Under the pieces are notes generated by a model that saw only the letters and a list, made by a program, of their open reading frames with translations, did not search any database and was not told the DNA's origin. Below are positions 26,647 to 36,563 of a stretch of 60,626 nt of DNA, piece after piece. Within the stretch, counting starts at the first letter, position 1. Every line of letters starts with the position of its first letter. Both the position numbers and the translations under genes were made by a program. This DNA is from a virus. Taxonomy: Duplodnaviria; Caudoviricetes. The stretch is from the IMG/VR virus record IMGVR_UViG_3300032225_000604, positions 1 through 60,626 of that record, one strand, 5' to 3'.

Positions 26647-27216
26647 TCAACCACCAGAGGTCAATCTATTTAGACCTGTGGCGGGCTGTGCGCCAGGCGT
26701 ACCAACATTCGATGTGAAGTACGAGTACGACATGTTGACCGTGAACTCTTCGATCTGGTCGGTGGCTTCATATGACAGGTCGATTGCACCGATATCGGTT
26801 GGGAAGCAACCGACAAGAGTATATGCCTTGATGGGCTTGCCCGTGCGGTCGAGTTGATTCACGACCCAGTCGCAGAACACTGGCTGCGCGAAGTTGATGA
26901 ACTCGTTGGTGGCGACATTGCGCTCCATTGCCTGAATTCCATCAACCCATGTTTCAAACAGGTTACGCAAGGTGAACTTGCTGTCGTTGATGATCGTGAT
27001 GGACCAATCGGCAAATGTGCGGTCGCCAGGAACCTTGATCCTTCTGCCGCGATATGGGATTTCGATGGTTCCCAATGCGGTTCCTGGTAGAGATGCCGAC
27101 TTTACAAGGAAGGGTGTCAGCGAACTCTGTGATCCGCCGATTGACCCCTGAACTTCAAACAGCGAGGGCTTTACGCCCGATCCCTGCATTGCATTGGCAA
27201 AGTTCTTGATATTCAT
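26647..27216 (-). CDS. 19: Tail tube protein gp19
   Basis: GRRIKVPGDRTFADWSITIIND, FPTDIGAIDLSY. Confidence 0.96.
   Translation of the reverse strand: MNIKNFANAMQGSGVKPSLFEVQGSIGGSQSSLTPFLVKSASLPGTALGTIEIPYRGRRIKVPGDRTFADWSITIINDSKFTLRNLFETWVDGIQAMERNVATNEFINFAQPVFCDWVVNQLDRTGKPIKAYTLVGCFPTDIGAIDLSYEATDQIEEFTVNMSYSYFTSNVGTPGAQPATGLNRLTSGG
26667..26673 (-). promoter_or_regulatory. Putative late promoter (CTAAATA) upstream of portal
   Basis: TAAATA core in the gp19 3' end. Confidence 0.45.
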
Positions 27217-27238
27217 TCTAGATGCTCCCTCTGTACCT

Positions 27239-27245
27239 TATTTAT
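27239..27245 (-). promoter_or_regulatory. Putative late promoter (ATAAATA) upstream of gp19
   Basis: Overlaps the sheath stop codon. Confidence 0.55.
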
Positions 27246-30049
27246 TCGATGGTTGTTAGATTGAAATCACTTCTTGTTGCAATGAAGTTCAACTGGATGA
27301 AGTTGATGGACTTCAGCGGCTTGATGAAGATATCCGCTACGAACTGATTGTTGTCGATGACCTGAGCCGTGTTATTGGTTCCGTCGCAAACGACCTTGTA
27401 ATCCGAAATGCCACGCTGTGCAACGAGATTGGCAAGGAATGGATTGACAAGATTCCTGAACTGCGAACGGGTGAACTCATCGTTGAACTCAAAGAGCGAG
27501 TACTTCGCTGCTTTTGCGATTGCCTTCTCTGCTGCGATGAACACTCGACGGACATTGATGCGGTCGAATGCGCTTGGCTTGACGAGAAGGGTCTTGTCTC
27601 CGAAGAGGACAGTACCCGATCCATCATTGAACTGCGTGAAGAAGTTGATCTGGTTCTTATAGAGTTCGTCGCGATCAGTCTTGCTGAATGCCGTCTCCAA
27701 CTTGATCACATTCTTTAGATTGCCTCGGGCAAATCCTGCGGGAGATTCCCATGCGATTTCCTGTGCCGAAAGAATGCCCGCCAGATCGGATGAAAGTGCC
27801 ATCTTGCGGGTCTGATTGTTGTAGGTATCGAAGAACACCTTGCGACCTGCAACCACCATCGTATAGGAGTTGGAAGGAACCGTCAACAGATTCTTGCGGA
27901 AGTTGATTGCATTGCTTGCCGACTGTGCGGTATGCTGAGTCGATGAAGTTGGCATCGGGGTCGGAACAATGAACAGGGTATCCTTTCTTGGCTCTATCAC
28001 GGAATCGTAGATAGCAGACTCAAGATCGGTGAAGTCATTGGTCGTATCCGTTGCAACCGATGATTCGGGAACAAACAGAATATCCACTGCTGATGCATCG
28101 TCGGCAAAGATCGAATACGATGCAATCTGCTCGGAAAGAGTTGGATCAGTTGCACTAGATTCTCCGAAACCAAGGAAGGCATCGTAGTATCCAGATCTAG
28201 TATAGGTTACTCCATCATTTCCTGTCTTCAGCGTCTGAATGTCACCGAAGTCAGTCGTTGCCAGTGAAGTGGAAGTTCCTCCTCCAGTGAAGCCGAATGC
28301 CCGAGTCATGTAGACATACTGAGAGTTGTTGTTGATGTAGTCCTTGTAGAAGATGTTCTCTCCATTGAGGTTCTTTGCATCAACTGCCTTGGATAGAAGT
28401 TCAAACTTCTCAAGGATTGCTCCCTTTGGTCCGAACTTTCCACCATTGTCGATGATCGCAATGCTCAACTCATCATTGGAACCACCGACAGAAGCAGCAT
28501 ATTCCGATGTGCCGGGAGTCTTGTCGAAGACGCGAACTCCTGCATAGGATTCGCCAATCGTGGTTGTTGCAGTTCCACTATAGTTTCCAAACTGAACAAT
28601 ACCATACTTGAAGTTGTTCCTGATACCCGTCAATCCACCCTGTGGATCCCAACCGGAGATGGTGACATTGCTTTGGGTTCCATCGGGATTCCTCTTGTGG
28701 TAGATCGCGGGACCAGTCAGACCTATGAGTTGAGCAAATCCTCTGGCACCAGCCGTGGTGGATAAACCGCGAGCCGCAGCATCTATGTTGACATTCTCAT
28801 AGAAGCCTTCCCAAGGACCATGAACATCTGGCAATGCCACTCCAGGATTGATTACACCGAATCCAGGCATGGTATCGTTGTTGTTCAATATGCCGAAGAT
28901 GCATCCTTGAGAATTCGTGGTTAAGAAACTTGCAGGAAGACCTGTAGGATTTGCCACGCCACCCACCGATGGACTGGCGACTCGCGGATAGAGAATCGTT
29001 CTTTCTCCGGTTGCCCCACCGAAGTTGTATGTTGCTCCGCGCCTCCATGACAGATTAGTATTCGAGAAATCTATATTTGGGAATAGAATATCTACGGCAC
29101 CTTCAATTGTTGTATTCTCGGTTATGACATATGGAGATTTTCCGTACTCAAACAGAGGATTGAAATTTACTGGTGTTGTTCTGAATCCCCAAGTCTCAAG
29201 ATCATAGTAGTTCCCACGGTTTCCATCTGGATTGGCTCCCTGCTCAGTGAGGTTCCAGTTTTCCGTGGTCGTACCTGTTGCATAGAATATGCTCATTGGC
29301 GTCACAAAGTTCTTCAACTTGTTCGCAAAGGCAACCGAAGTATCGTTTATGTCCGGTGAAAGTATCGTTACCATGTACCAAGGCATGGTGGCAGAAGTGG
29401 TTCCGAGTATGGCAACTGTGCCCGGACCCGCTCCTTCTCCGACTGCAACAATGCTGTATGTTGCAGTTCCTGCACTTACACCCAAGACCATTGCTCCCTT
29501 ATAGCCATTCCGAAGAGTAAAATCGGTTGGTTGATTTTGCAATGTGGTGGTCACCGTTTCTGCCGTGACACCATCGAATACCACGACCTTGAGCGAGTCA
29601 CCGAAGTTTCCGGGATACCTTGCCTTGAAATATGAAGTCGGTTCGATATCTCCCGAAAAGCCACCAAGAGCGCGGAATTCATCAAGATTCTTGATGGTCT
29701 TGTTGGTTACGCTGTTTATCCAAGTGATTCCCGAATCAACCGATATCGAGTTATAGTCATCTTCCTGAGAAAGACGAATGACCTTGAGATGATTCGAATA
29801 CTTGAGGAAGTTGGCAGCAGAGAGGAAATCGACATTTCCGCCAACATCGGACTGATCAAGCGTGGGCTTTCCGAAGATAGATGCTAGTTCGCTCTCGGAG
29901 GAGATGGAAGTAGCAACTTCACACGGACCCCAGTTGAACTTACCGACCATTCCGCCGACATTCTGAGCCTCTGGCTGAACGAATGTCGATAGATCGATCT
30001 CAGAAACCTTTACACCTGGACTTAGTTGTGTCGGGATTGGACTAGCCAT
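27242..30049 (-). CDS. 18: Tail sheath protein gp18, long paralog (935 aa)
   Basis: QLSPGVKVSEID, FNWGP, ARYPGNFGDSL, SPAG..RG, SAFDRINVRR, FEFNDEFTR; large central insertion. Confidence 0.93.
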   Translation of the reverse strand: MASPIPTQLSPGVKVSEIDLSTFVQPEAQNVGGMVGKFNWGPCEVATSISSESELASIFGKPTLDQSDVGGNVDFLSAANFLKYSNHLKVIRLSQEDDYNSISVDSGITWINSVTNKTIKNLDEFRALGGFSGDIEPTSYFKARYPGNFGDSLKVVVFDGVTAETVTTTLQNQPTDFTLRNGYKGAMVLGVSAGTATYSIVAVGEGAGPGTVAILGTTSATMPWYMVTILSPDINDTSVAFANKLKNFVTPMSIFYATGTTTENWNLTEQGANPDGNRGNYYDLETWGFRTTPVNFNPLFEYGKSPYVITENTTIEGAVDILFPNIDFSNTNLSWRRGATYNFGGATGERTILYPRVASPSVGGVANPTGLPASFLTTNSQGCIFGILNNNDTMPGFGVINPGVALPDVHGPWEGFYENVNIDAAARGLSTTAGARGFAQLIGLTGPAIYHKRNPDGTQSNVTISGWDPQGGLTGIRNNFKYGIVQFGNYSGTATTTIGESYAGVRVFDKTPGTSEYAASVGGSNDELSIAIIDNGGKFGPKGAILEKFELLSKAVDAKNLNGENIFYKDYINNNSQYVYMTRAFGFTGGGTSTSLATTDFGDIQTLKTGNDGVTYTRSGYYDAFLGFGESSATDPTLSEQIASYSIFADDASAVDILFVPESSVATDTTNDFTDLESAIYDSVIEPRKDTLFIVPTPMPTSSTQHTAQSASNAINFRKNLLTVPSNSYTMVVAGRKVFFDTYNNQTRKMALSSDLAGILSAQEIAWESPAGFARGNLKNVIKLETAFSKTDRDELYKNQINFFTQFNDGSGTVLFGDKTLLVKPSAFDRINVRRVFIAAEKAIAKAAKYSLFEFNDEFTRSQFRNLVNPFLANLVAQRGISDYKVVCDGTNNTAQVIDNNQFVADIFIKPLKSINFIQLNFIATRSDFNLTTIE

Positions 30050-30058
30050 TTTCTCTCC

Positions 30059-31960
30059 TTAGACGATCTCAGTGAATGCGCTATCGGTTCTTGTCGCAAT
30101 AAAGTTCAACTGAATGAAGTTCACGCTGCGATTTGGCTTGATGTAGATGTCTGCCACGAACTGATTGTTGTCGATGACCTGTGCAGTATTGTTGGTCTCA
30201 TCGCAGACCACCTTGAAGTCGGTGACTCCTCGTTGAGCCTGAACATTGCGGAGATATGGAATGACGAGATTCCTGAACTGTGCGCGAGTGAACTCATCGT
30301 TCAGTTCGAACAATGAATATTTAGCCGCGGAGGAGATAGCCTTCTCAAGGGTGATGAACAGCCTACGCACATTGATGCGGTCGAATGCGCTTGGCTTCTT
30401 CAACATGGTCTTGTCGCCATACAGCATGGTTCCTTCTCCACTGAATGTCGCCACAGGATTCACTCCTGCGACATAAAGTAGATCCCTTGCTGCCTGATCG
30501 GGGTTGAATGCCAACTTGATGACATTCTTGATGATGCCGCGATTCAGACCTGCGGGAGAGTACCATGCCTTCGTGTTGTATTCACTTCTTGCACAGAGAC
30601 CCGCGATGTCGGAATTCAGCGGAATATAGCGGAACTTGTCATTGTACTTGTCATAGATGTACTTCCATCCGCTATCCATCACCACATACGACGAATTGAT
30701 GTTGTATGTGCTGTTTCGTGTGATAAGGATTCGGTTCGTTGCATCCGACTGAGTCTTGTTGAGGACATCCTCAAGTTTGGGGGAAACGAACAGGACGCAA
30801 TCCTTGCGAGTATCTGCAATATCAGCAATCAACTTGACATTTTCCGAACTTGCCCTGCCCGAGATGAGCAAGGAGATATCGACATTGTCGCGATCATTGA
30901 ACTTGCTATATCCGCCGATATAGAGGTTGGAGGTGCTGTCTGTTGCCGAGGTCGCTCCACTCAAAGAGTACATTGAGACCTTTGCGGCAGTGAAGCCAAG
31001 GCTAATGTCATTGAAACTGGTGGTGATGTCCTGCTTGACCGCAGATCCCCACAACTGCTCAATGTCTCCGACCCAGATATAGTTGGAGTTGTTGTTTATG
31101 TTGCTGGCAACATAGTTCGGTGCGCCATCATTGTCTCGGGCATCATATGCCTTGGAGACATTCTGGAAGACTTCAAGGATAGCCCCATTGGTTCCTGTGA
31201 ACTGTCCATCTTCGTCCACTACAACGACATTCAACTCATCGTTTGCTCCACCGCGTGAGGATGCCTGTGTGCTTGTCTCTGCCGTCAGTTGGAATAGATC
31301 CGCATACTTGCTGCGGAACTTGACCGATGCTCCCTTGGGGATGACGCTGGCAACATAGTTCTTGACCGTTGCGGTGAATCCATTGACGGAATCAACGATG
31401 AACGATTGGGAGAAGTTTGATGTCTGAAAGATCAACTTATCGTTTTCTTCGACACCCTTTGTCTCTAGATTGGTCGTGAAGGAGATGATGTCTGTGGCAA
31501 CTGTGGCTGTAGTACCAGTGACGAGGTTGGTTTCACCATCTCCATCGATCACCACGACTTTGAGTGAGTTGCCCAAAATTCCGGGGTATTTCGCATAAAA
31601 TGCAGAAGATAGATCGGCAGCACCCAGAATATCCTCATTGAGATACTGTTCTCCAGTAGTTCCATCGGAATTTGCATTTGTCTCATTTGATCCGACAACT
31701 CTAACGACGCGAAGGTCGCGGCTATACTGAAGGAAGTTAGCCGCACAATGGAAGTCGATGCCATCTTCCGTTGGAAGTGGCTTTCCGAAGACTCCTACGA
31801 GTTGATCTTCGCTTGTGATGGTTGTGATCTTTTCCGCTGGACCCCATTGAAAGACACCAGCGATGGCTCCAGTTGCTGTAGCAACATTTGGAACGACCGT
31901 AGTGATGTCAATTTCCGAATAATTCACACCGGGGCTAAGTTGTACTGGTATTCTGCTCAT
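30059..31960 (-). CDS. 18: Tail sheath protein gp18, canonical-length paralog (633 aa)
   Basis: QLSPGVNYSEID, FQWGP, AKYPGILGNSL, WYSPAGLNRG, SAFDRINVRRLF. Confidence 0.96.
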   Translation of the reverse strand: MSRIPVQLSPGVNYSEIDITTVVPNVATATGAIAGVFQWGPAEKITTITSEDQLVGVFGKPLPTEDGIDFHCAANFLQYSRDLRVVRVVGSNETNANSDGTTGEQYLNEDILGAADLSSAFYAKYPGILGNSLKVVVIDGDGETNLVTGTTATVATDIISFTTNLETKGVEENDKLIFQTSNFSQSFIVDSVNGFTATVKNYVASVIPKGASVKFRSKYADLFQLTAETSTQASSRGGANDELNVVVVDEDGQFTGTNGAILEVFQNVSKAYDARDNDGAPNYVASNINNNSNYIWVGDIEQLWGSAVKQDITTSFNDISLGFTAAKVSMYSLSGATSATDSTSNLYIGGYSKFNDRDNVDISLLISGRASSENVKLIADIADTRKDCVLFVSPKLEDVLNKTQSDATNRILITRNSTYNINSSYVVMDSGWKYIYDKYNDKFRYIPLNSDIAGLCARSEYNTKAWYSPAGLNRGIIKNVIKLAFNPDQAARDLLYVAGVNPVATFSGEGTMLYGDKTMLKKPSAFDRINVRRLFITLEKAISSAAKYSLFELNDEFTRAQFRNLVIPYLRNVQAQRGVTDFKVVCDETNNTAQVIDNNQFVADIYIKPNRSVNFIQLNFIATRTDSAFTEIV

Positions 31961-31986
31961 TTGTTTCTCCCGATGAATCTACATGA

Positions 31987-31993
31987 TATGTAT
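31987..31993 (-). promoter_or_regulatory. Late promoter variant (ATACATA) upstream of the sheath genes
   Basis: Intergenic, before a GGGAG RBS. Confidence 0.5.
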
Positions 31994-32009
31994 GATTTTG
32001 AGGATTTGG

Positions 32010-33668
32010 TCAGTACCAGCCATTCCGCTCCGATTGCCGCTCAGACCACCAGACCGAACCATCCTCTGATGGCTTCTCTGGAACAGGTTCCTCGACCCCA
32101 TCATCCACAAATCCAAAGGGGGTCATTTCCTCCTCAAGTTTGCTGATGGTGTCCTGATAGATATCCTTTCGGATGTCCAAGGATGAAAGATCCTTGAAGT
32201 ATGGTTGGGTAGACAGCCATCCGAAGAGGACAAGGGTCATCACCAAGTCATCGTTGTAGCCGACCTCTGCCTCGAATGAGTTCTTCTTGGCAACGAAGGC
32301 AAAGAGTTCCTTGATGACATCGAAATCCTGTATGATCACCCTGTCGGACTCTACGAGCGACTTGAGGATGGAGCAGCCCGTCCTCTTGACCACCTCGGTA
32401 GTTCGAACGCCAAACTGGCTCTGCCCCGCACCGAAGCCTCCGTCAAGTACCTGACCCTTCCTGCCTCGCATGGTGGCAGACAGGATGTTCTCGTACTCAA
32501 GTTCGGCATGGAGGACATCTGCCACCTGACCACCCATGTCATTGATCTCTACAAGGACATGGGCATTGTTGTACTGCTTGGCAGCAACATGGATGGCATT
32601 AGGGAACACCAGAGGCGACATGGTATTGTTCCTGAAGGTGGCGACCAACTTGTAAGGAGCGGTTGTTATGTCCATTATTGAAAATGCAGAATAGTCCTGT
32701 CCCGTTCCTCGCGAGACATCGACCGTCATGACATAGACATGCTTTTCCTCTGGCTTGGCATAGACCTTGAATCCTTCCCCATTCTTGAAGACAGGATCGA
32801 CATATGCCAGAGTCTTCAACTTGGATGGAGAGATCAGGGTATGTACCGAGCCTACGAAATCGCATTCGAACTCTGTCCTAAACTGCTCTTCCGAGGTATT
32901 GGCAATCGTCTCTTCCTTCCACTTCTCGTCTCGACCTGGCACATCCGACCAGTGGACATCGATTGGAATATATGAGTTCCTGCCATTAGAGGCATCCGTC
33001 CACAACTTGTAGTACAGGTTCATTCCGTGGGGAGTGGAGACGATGAACACCTTGGTCTCCTGACCCGACGAGATGGTGGGATAGACTGAGGAAAAGAACT
33101 CTTCTGCAACATTCTGAGGAACATATGCAAACTCGTCAAGGAAGATCATGTTGAAAGATCCACCACGGACTGCGCTGGACGAGGTAGCCGAAGCCAGAAC
33201 CTTTGAGCCATTCTCCAACTGAATCGATCCCTTGTTCCACTCAAGGACACCCTGCTGCAACCACTTGGGTAGGTATTCATATGCCAACTTGAGGCGGGAC
33301 AATAGTTCCCTAGCCGTGCTGAGTTTGTTGGCTAGGATGGCTACATTGACGCTCTGATTGAACAGGATGTAATGCAGCATGTATGCCGTGACCGTGGTGG
33401 ACTTACCGCTCTGACGGGGCAACTTGGCAATGACGAATCTATTTGTGTGAATCGTCCTGACCATCTCCTCCTGAAAGTCATAAAGTTCAAACGGGACGAG
33501 ACCCTTGTCGAGGCTGACGATCTTCACATACTTCTGTATGAAGTAGATCGGGTCGCGGGCGCACTTGGCATATTCCTCAAGTTGCTCCTTCGTCCAGTTG
33601 ATCTGAACATCGGTTGCCTTGAGGTTGGGATTGCCGAGATAGTTCTTGGAGTTCTTTGTATCAGCCAT
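32010..33668 (-). CDS. 17: Terminase large subunit gp17
   Basis: YLGNPNLK, PRQSGKST, FLDEFA, VSTPHG, DVSRG, NDDLVM. Confidence 0.98.
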   Translation of the reverse strand: MADTKNSKNYLGNPNLKATDVQINWTKEQLEEYAKCARDPIYFIQKYVKIVSLDKGLVPFELYDFQEEMVRTIHTNRFVIAKLPRQSGKSTTVTAYMLHYILFNQSVNVAILANKLSTARELLSRLKLAYEYLPKWLQQGVLEWNKGSIQLENGSKVLASATSSSAVRGGSFNMIFLDEFAYVPQNVAEEFFSSVYPTISSGQETKVFIVSTPHGMNLYYKLWTDASNGRNSYIPIDVHWSDVPGRDEKWKEETIANTSEEQFRTEFECDFVGSVHTLISPSKLKTLAYVDPVFKNGEGFKVYAKPEEKHVYVMTVDVSRGTGQDYSAFSIMDITTAPYKLVATFRNNTMSPLVFPNAIHVAAKQYNNAHVLVEINDMGGQVADVLHAELEYENILSATMRGRKGQVLDGGFGAGQSQFGVRTTEVVKRTGCSILKSLVESDRVIIQDFDVIKELFAFVAKKNSFEAEVGYNDDLVMTLVLFGWLSTQPYFKDLSSLDIRKDIYQDTISKLEEEMTPFGFVDDGVEEPVPEKPSEDGSVWWSERQSERNGWY

Positions 33669-34140
33669 TGTCTAGAATCTTCTTGGAGTCATCGATGATG
33701 ATTTCCGTTTCATTCATTGCCTTGGCAAAACTTCGCTTCGGATTGATGAGTTCCTGTAGTTCCTTGGTCGAGCCAAGGAAGATGGCATTGGTGGTGTTGT
33801 TGACAGTCTTGGAGTTGTACTTGTCCTCCTTGATGGTCTTCATGCGCTGATGGAGTTCGACCAGATCCTTGTTGGTATCTGCGACTGCCTTGATCATCTG
33901 CGCAACCACTTCATAGGCACGGGGGGAGTCTCCCTCGCTTGCCACCTTGAGGACTCCGTCTATGGCTTGGAATCCAAGGTTGACGAGTTCCTTGAGGTTC
34001 TCCCTTGCCTTTTGAAAGTCCTTGTCGGCATCATCCATGTCCACCTTGACCTCAACGGCATTCGGTGGTCTGGAAACAATAGCCTTTGGTTCGGGATCTA
34101 TATTCAGGATCTCCGAAAGGTTCTCATCCATCTTGCTCAT
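33661..34140 (-). CDS. 16: Terminase small subunit gp16
   Basis: SPRAYEV, NAIFLGSTKELQ; directly upstream of gp17. Confidence 0.92.
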   Translation of the reverse strand: MSKMDENLSEILNIDPEPKAIVSRPPNAVEVKVDMDDADKDFQKARENLKELVNLGFQAIDGVLKVASEGDSPRAYEVVAQMIKAVADTNKDLVELHQRMKTIKEDKYNSKTVNNTTNAIFLGSTKELQELINPKRSFAKAMNETEIIIDDSKKILDNG

Positions 34141-34145
34141 GATAT

Positions 34146-36563
34146 CTACCTTCCAATCGCTTTGTCGGTACTTCTGTACTGCACAAAGGTAGTTATGTCA
34201 TTGTCCTCGAAATATCGATATGTGGCTTCCAACTGCTGCTTCGTTAGTTCAAAATATGCATCTCGCATGATCTCATATGCCGTATCGATGTTATTGTTGG
34301 TTGCCGATGTCCATCTTTGCCTGAGAGAATCGTTGGTTGCCATGATGCAATCCGATCTCAGAGGAACCTGATTCCACTTGAACGAAGACTTTCCATATGG
34401 GATGAACATATTTCCACCAGTGGTTCCTGTATTGGTCTCAAATACACGATAGTCGCTCAATCTTCCTGAGTTGAAATTGTTCGTATAATCCGAGAAGTTT
34501 GCAGATGCTGCACTCAGACCAAGATCTCGCAGAGTATTCGGGAATGACATCTGAAACTGAAGTAGATCAAGATTGAAGAAATATGTCTCAAGACCACGGA
34601 TGAACGATGTTGCAGGATCTCCACCCGATATTCCCCTATTCGTCACGACCTTGGTGAACTCGGCAGATCCTCGTCCTATGTTGCCATAGTAGAAGGCATT
34701 CAGCAGCAGATCATTGATATCATCCTTCATGATGAATCCGTTCGCAGGAACATCTCCGTCGAACAGCGGTGCAATCAGATAGTCAACGAAATCCTGCGGA
34801 GAATATGGAACGCAGCCGCCTCGCGTGAGATCATAGTCTTCATTCCTTCCGCGTATGACTGGCATGATCCTATATTCATACTTTCCCACACGATCAAGCA
34901 TTATCTTCCACATTCGCACCGATGAATGGATGGACTGTTGCATCGATTCCTTGAGGTTCAGCAGTCGTTCGGTCGAGGTCGTTCCAAAATCACGATGTAT
35001 GGTGCATTCCCTGCGCGAAGGTTTGCTATTCGCAAACGAACCCGTGAGTTGAACTGGAACCAGAGGATTGAATCTAGGGATGAAGTTTATCGGGAAGACA
35101 TTCGCATGACGATATGCACCATATGCCAATGTCTCGGAATAGATGTCATTGTAGTAGGAATCAAGATAAGTCATCGTGGCTCCATTAGGATCCAAGCCAG
35201 CGACTGTATCTGTGAAGAATGTCAGAATGTTTGCGGGGATTAGACCTGCGACTGCATAGGTGGACGATGCCGCCTGTGCAGATCCTCCCATCATGAAATA
35301 ATCATTGAGATAGGCTGTGGTCATGCCTCTTGCCCGCTGATATGAGTTCCATCCACTGACTCCGCTTCCGTAGGTATATCCTGCTGGTGCGGGGAATAGA
35401 GTCAACTCAGATAGGCGGGTTACATAATAATTTCCTTCGGGAGCATATGGTCCTGTGGCATCCGTGGCGGTGCCTGGAGTCGGGATCAATGGAGACCAAC
35501 CAAGAACTTCCGTGACGAAAGGAATGCCGATTTGTCCTATGTTGTAGGAGTTGCGCGAGAAGTTGTATACCGCAGGATACTGCGTTATCTCTTTCAGGAA
35601 TTTATTCGTGAAGTCATTTGCGAGTTCGAACCCGATCTTGTTCGTACCAGTTGTCGAACCAGCATACCGAAGCAACTCCACCGTCCATGCAGGATTCGCG
35701 CTGTTTCCGACATATCTGGTCATCAATGATGTGCGGCTGTCGAGGAAGGCATCATCGGCAAACTTTACGAACTGATAGTGTGGCTCGAACGATGAAAGCA
35801 ACCCAGCAAATGTTATTCCCTTGTCCTTGTAGAGGTTCAAGTTCCTTCGCAATGAAGTATGGATATTTGGTGTGAAGTAAAGGGATTTTGCCGAGGATGT
35901 CAGACCTGTGTATTCCGAGAGTGCAAAATACAGAGGATTTCCACCAGTTCCCGTTGGAAGACCGTTGGAGTTGCTGATGCCGAGGGTAGATGCATTTGCC
36001 ATAAGTTGAAATGGAGTTATGATTCCACCAAAGTTGACCATAGTATAGCACCCACCCGATGCACCTCTCTCAGTTACTCCACTAAATGAAGATACTGCAA
36101 TCGGTGTGTTTCCCCCCGTAATACTATAGAATACGGGATATTGAGATAGGAACTGATAGCGGTCGAACATCGGCTTGAAGGCACCATACATGTTGATGCC
36201 ACCCGCAAGATATCCTATTGTTCCATGCTCCGAGTCCCGAACTTCGTTCAGATCATAGAACATCTCCATACCCAGAGATTTGAAATAAGTCACTCCAGTA
36301 TAGAAGTTGGAATACTCAAATGATATTCCCTTCCCCTGCTGAGTGATCCCCGACAGAAAGGAATTTATGTCTTCAGTCGGAGCAACATAAGGAATCAATC
36401 CTCGCGAGAAGTAGGCAACGGGAGTCTTGCGCTTTTGTTCGACCGTTATCGTTATGGTCTTGAGAAGATGATCTGTCGTAAGATCCACAGATTCCGCAAC
36501 CGAGGTAAGAACCCGATAGTCGTTCAGATATGAGTTTAGAGTCGTTTCCTCGTTAGCCATCAT
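34146..36563 (-). CDS. Large hypothetical protein (probably virion structural)
   Basis: 805-aa ORF coupled to gp15 by ATGA overlap; G-x-T rich; no recognisable family. Confidence 0.6.
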   Translation of the reverse strand: MMANEETTLNSYLNDYRVLTSVAESVDLTTDHLLKTITITVEQKRKTPVAYFSRGLIPYVAPTEDINSFLSGITQQGKGISFEYSNFYTGVTYFKSLGMEMFYDLNEVRDSEHGTIGYLAGGINMYGAFKPMFDRYQFLSQYPVFYSITGGNTPIAVSSFSGVTERGASGGCYTMVNFGGIITPFQLMANASTLGISNSNGLPTGTGGNPLYFALSEYTGLTSSAKSLYFTPNIHTSLRRNLNLYKDKGITFAGLLSSFEPHYQFVKFADDAFLDSRTSLMTRYVGNSANPAWTVELLRYAGSTTGTNKIGFELANDFTNKFLKEITQYPAVYNFSRNSYNIGQIGIPFVTEVLGWSPLIPTPGTATDATGPYAPEGNYYVTRLSELTLFPAPAGYTYGSGVSGWNSYQRARGMTTAYLNDYFMMGGSAQAASSTYAVAGLIPANILTFFTDTVAGLDPNGATMTYLDSYYNDIYSETLAYGAYRHANVFPINFIPRFNPLVPVQLTGSFANSKPSRRECTIHRDFGTTSTERLLNLKESMQQSIHSSVRMWKIMLDRVGKYEYRIMPVIRGRNEDYDLTRGGCVPYSPQDFVDYLIAPLFDGDVPANGFIMKDDINDLLLNAFYYGNIGRGSAEFTKVVTNRGISGGDPATSFIRGLETYFFNLDLLQFQMSFPNTLRDLGLSAASANFSDYTNNFNSGRLSDYRVFETNTGTTGGNMFIPYGKSSFKWNQVPLRSDCIMATNDSLRQRWTSATNNNIDTAYEIMRDAYFELTKQQLEATYRYFEDNDITTFVQYRSTDKAIGR

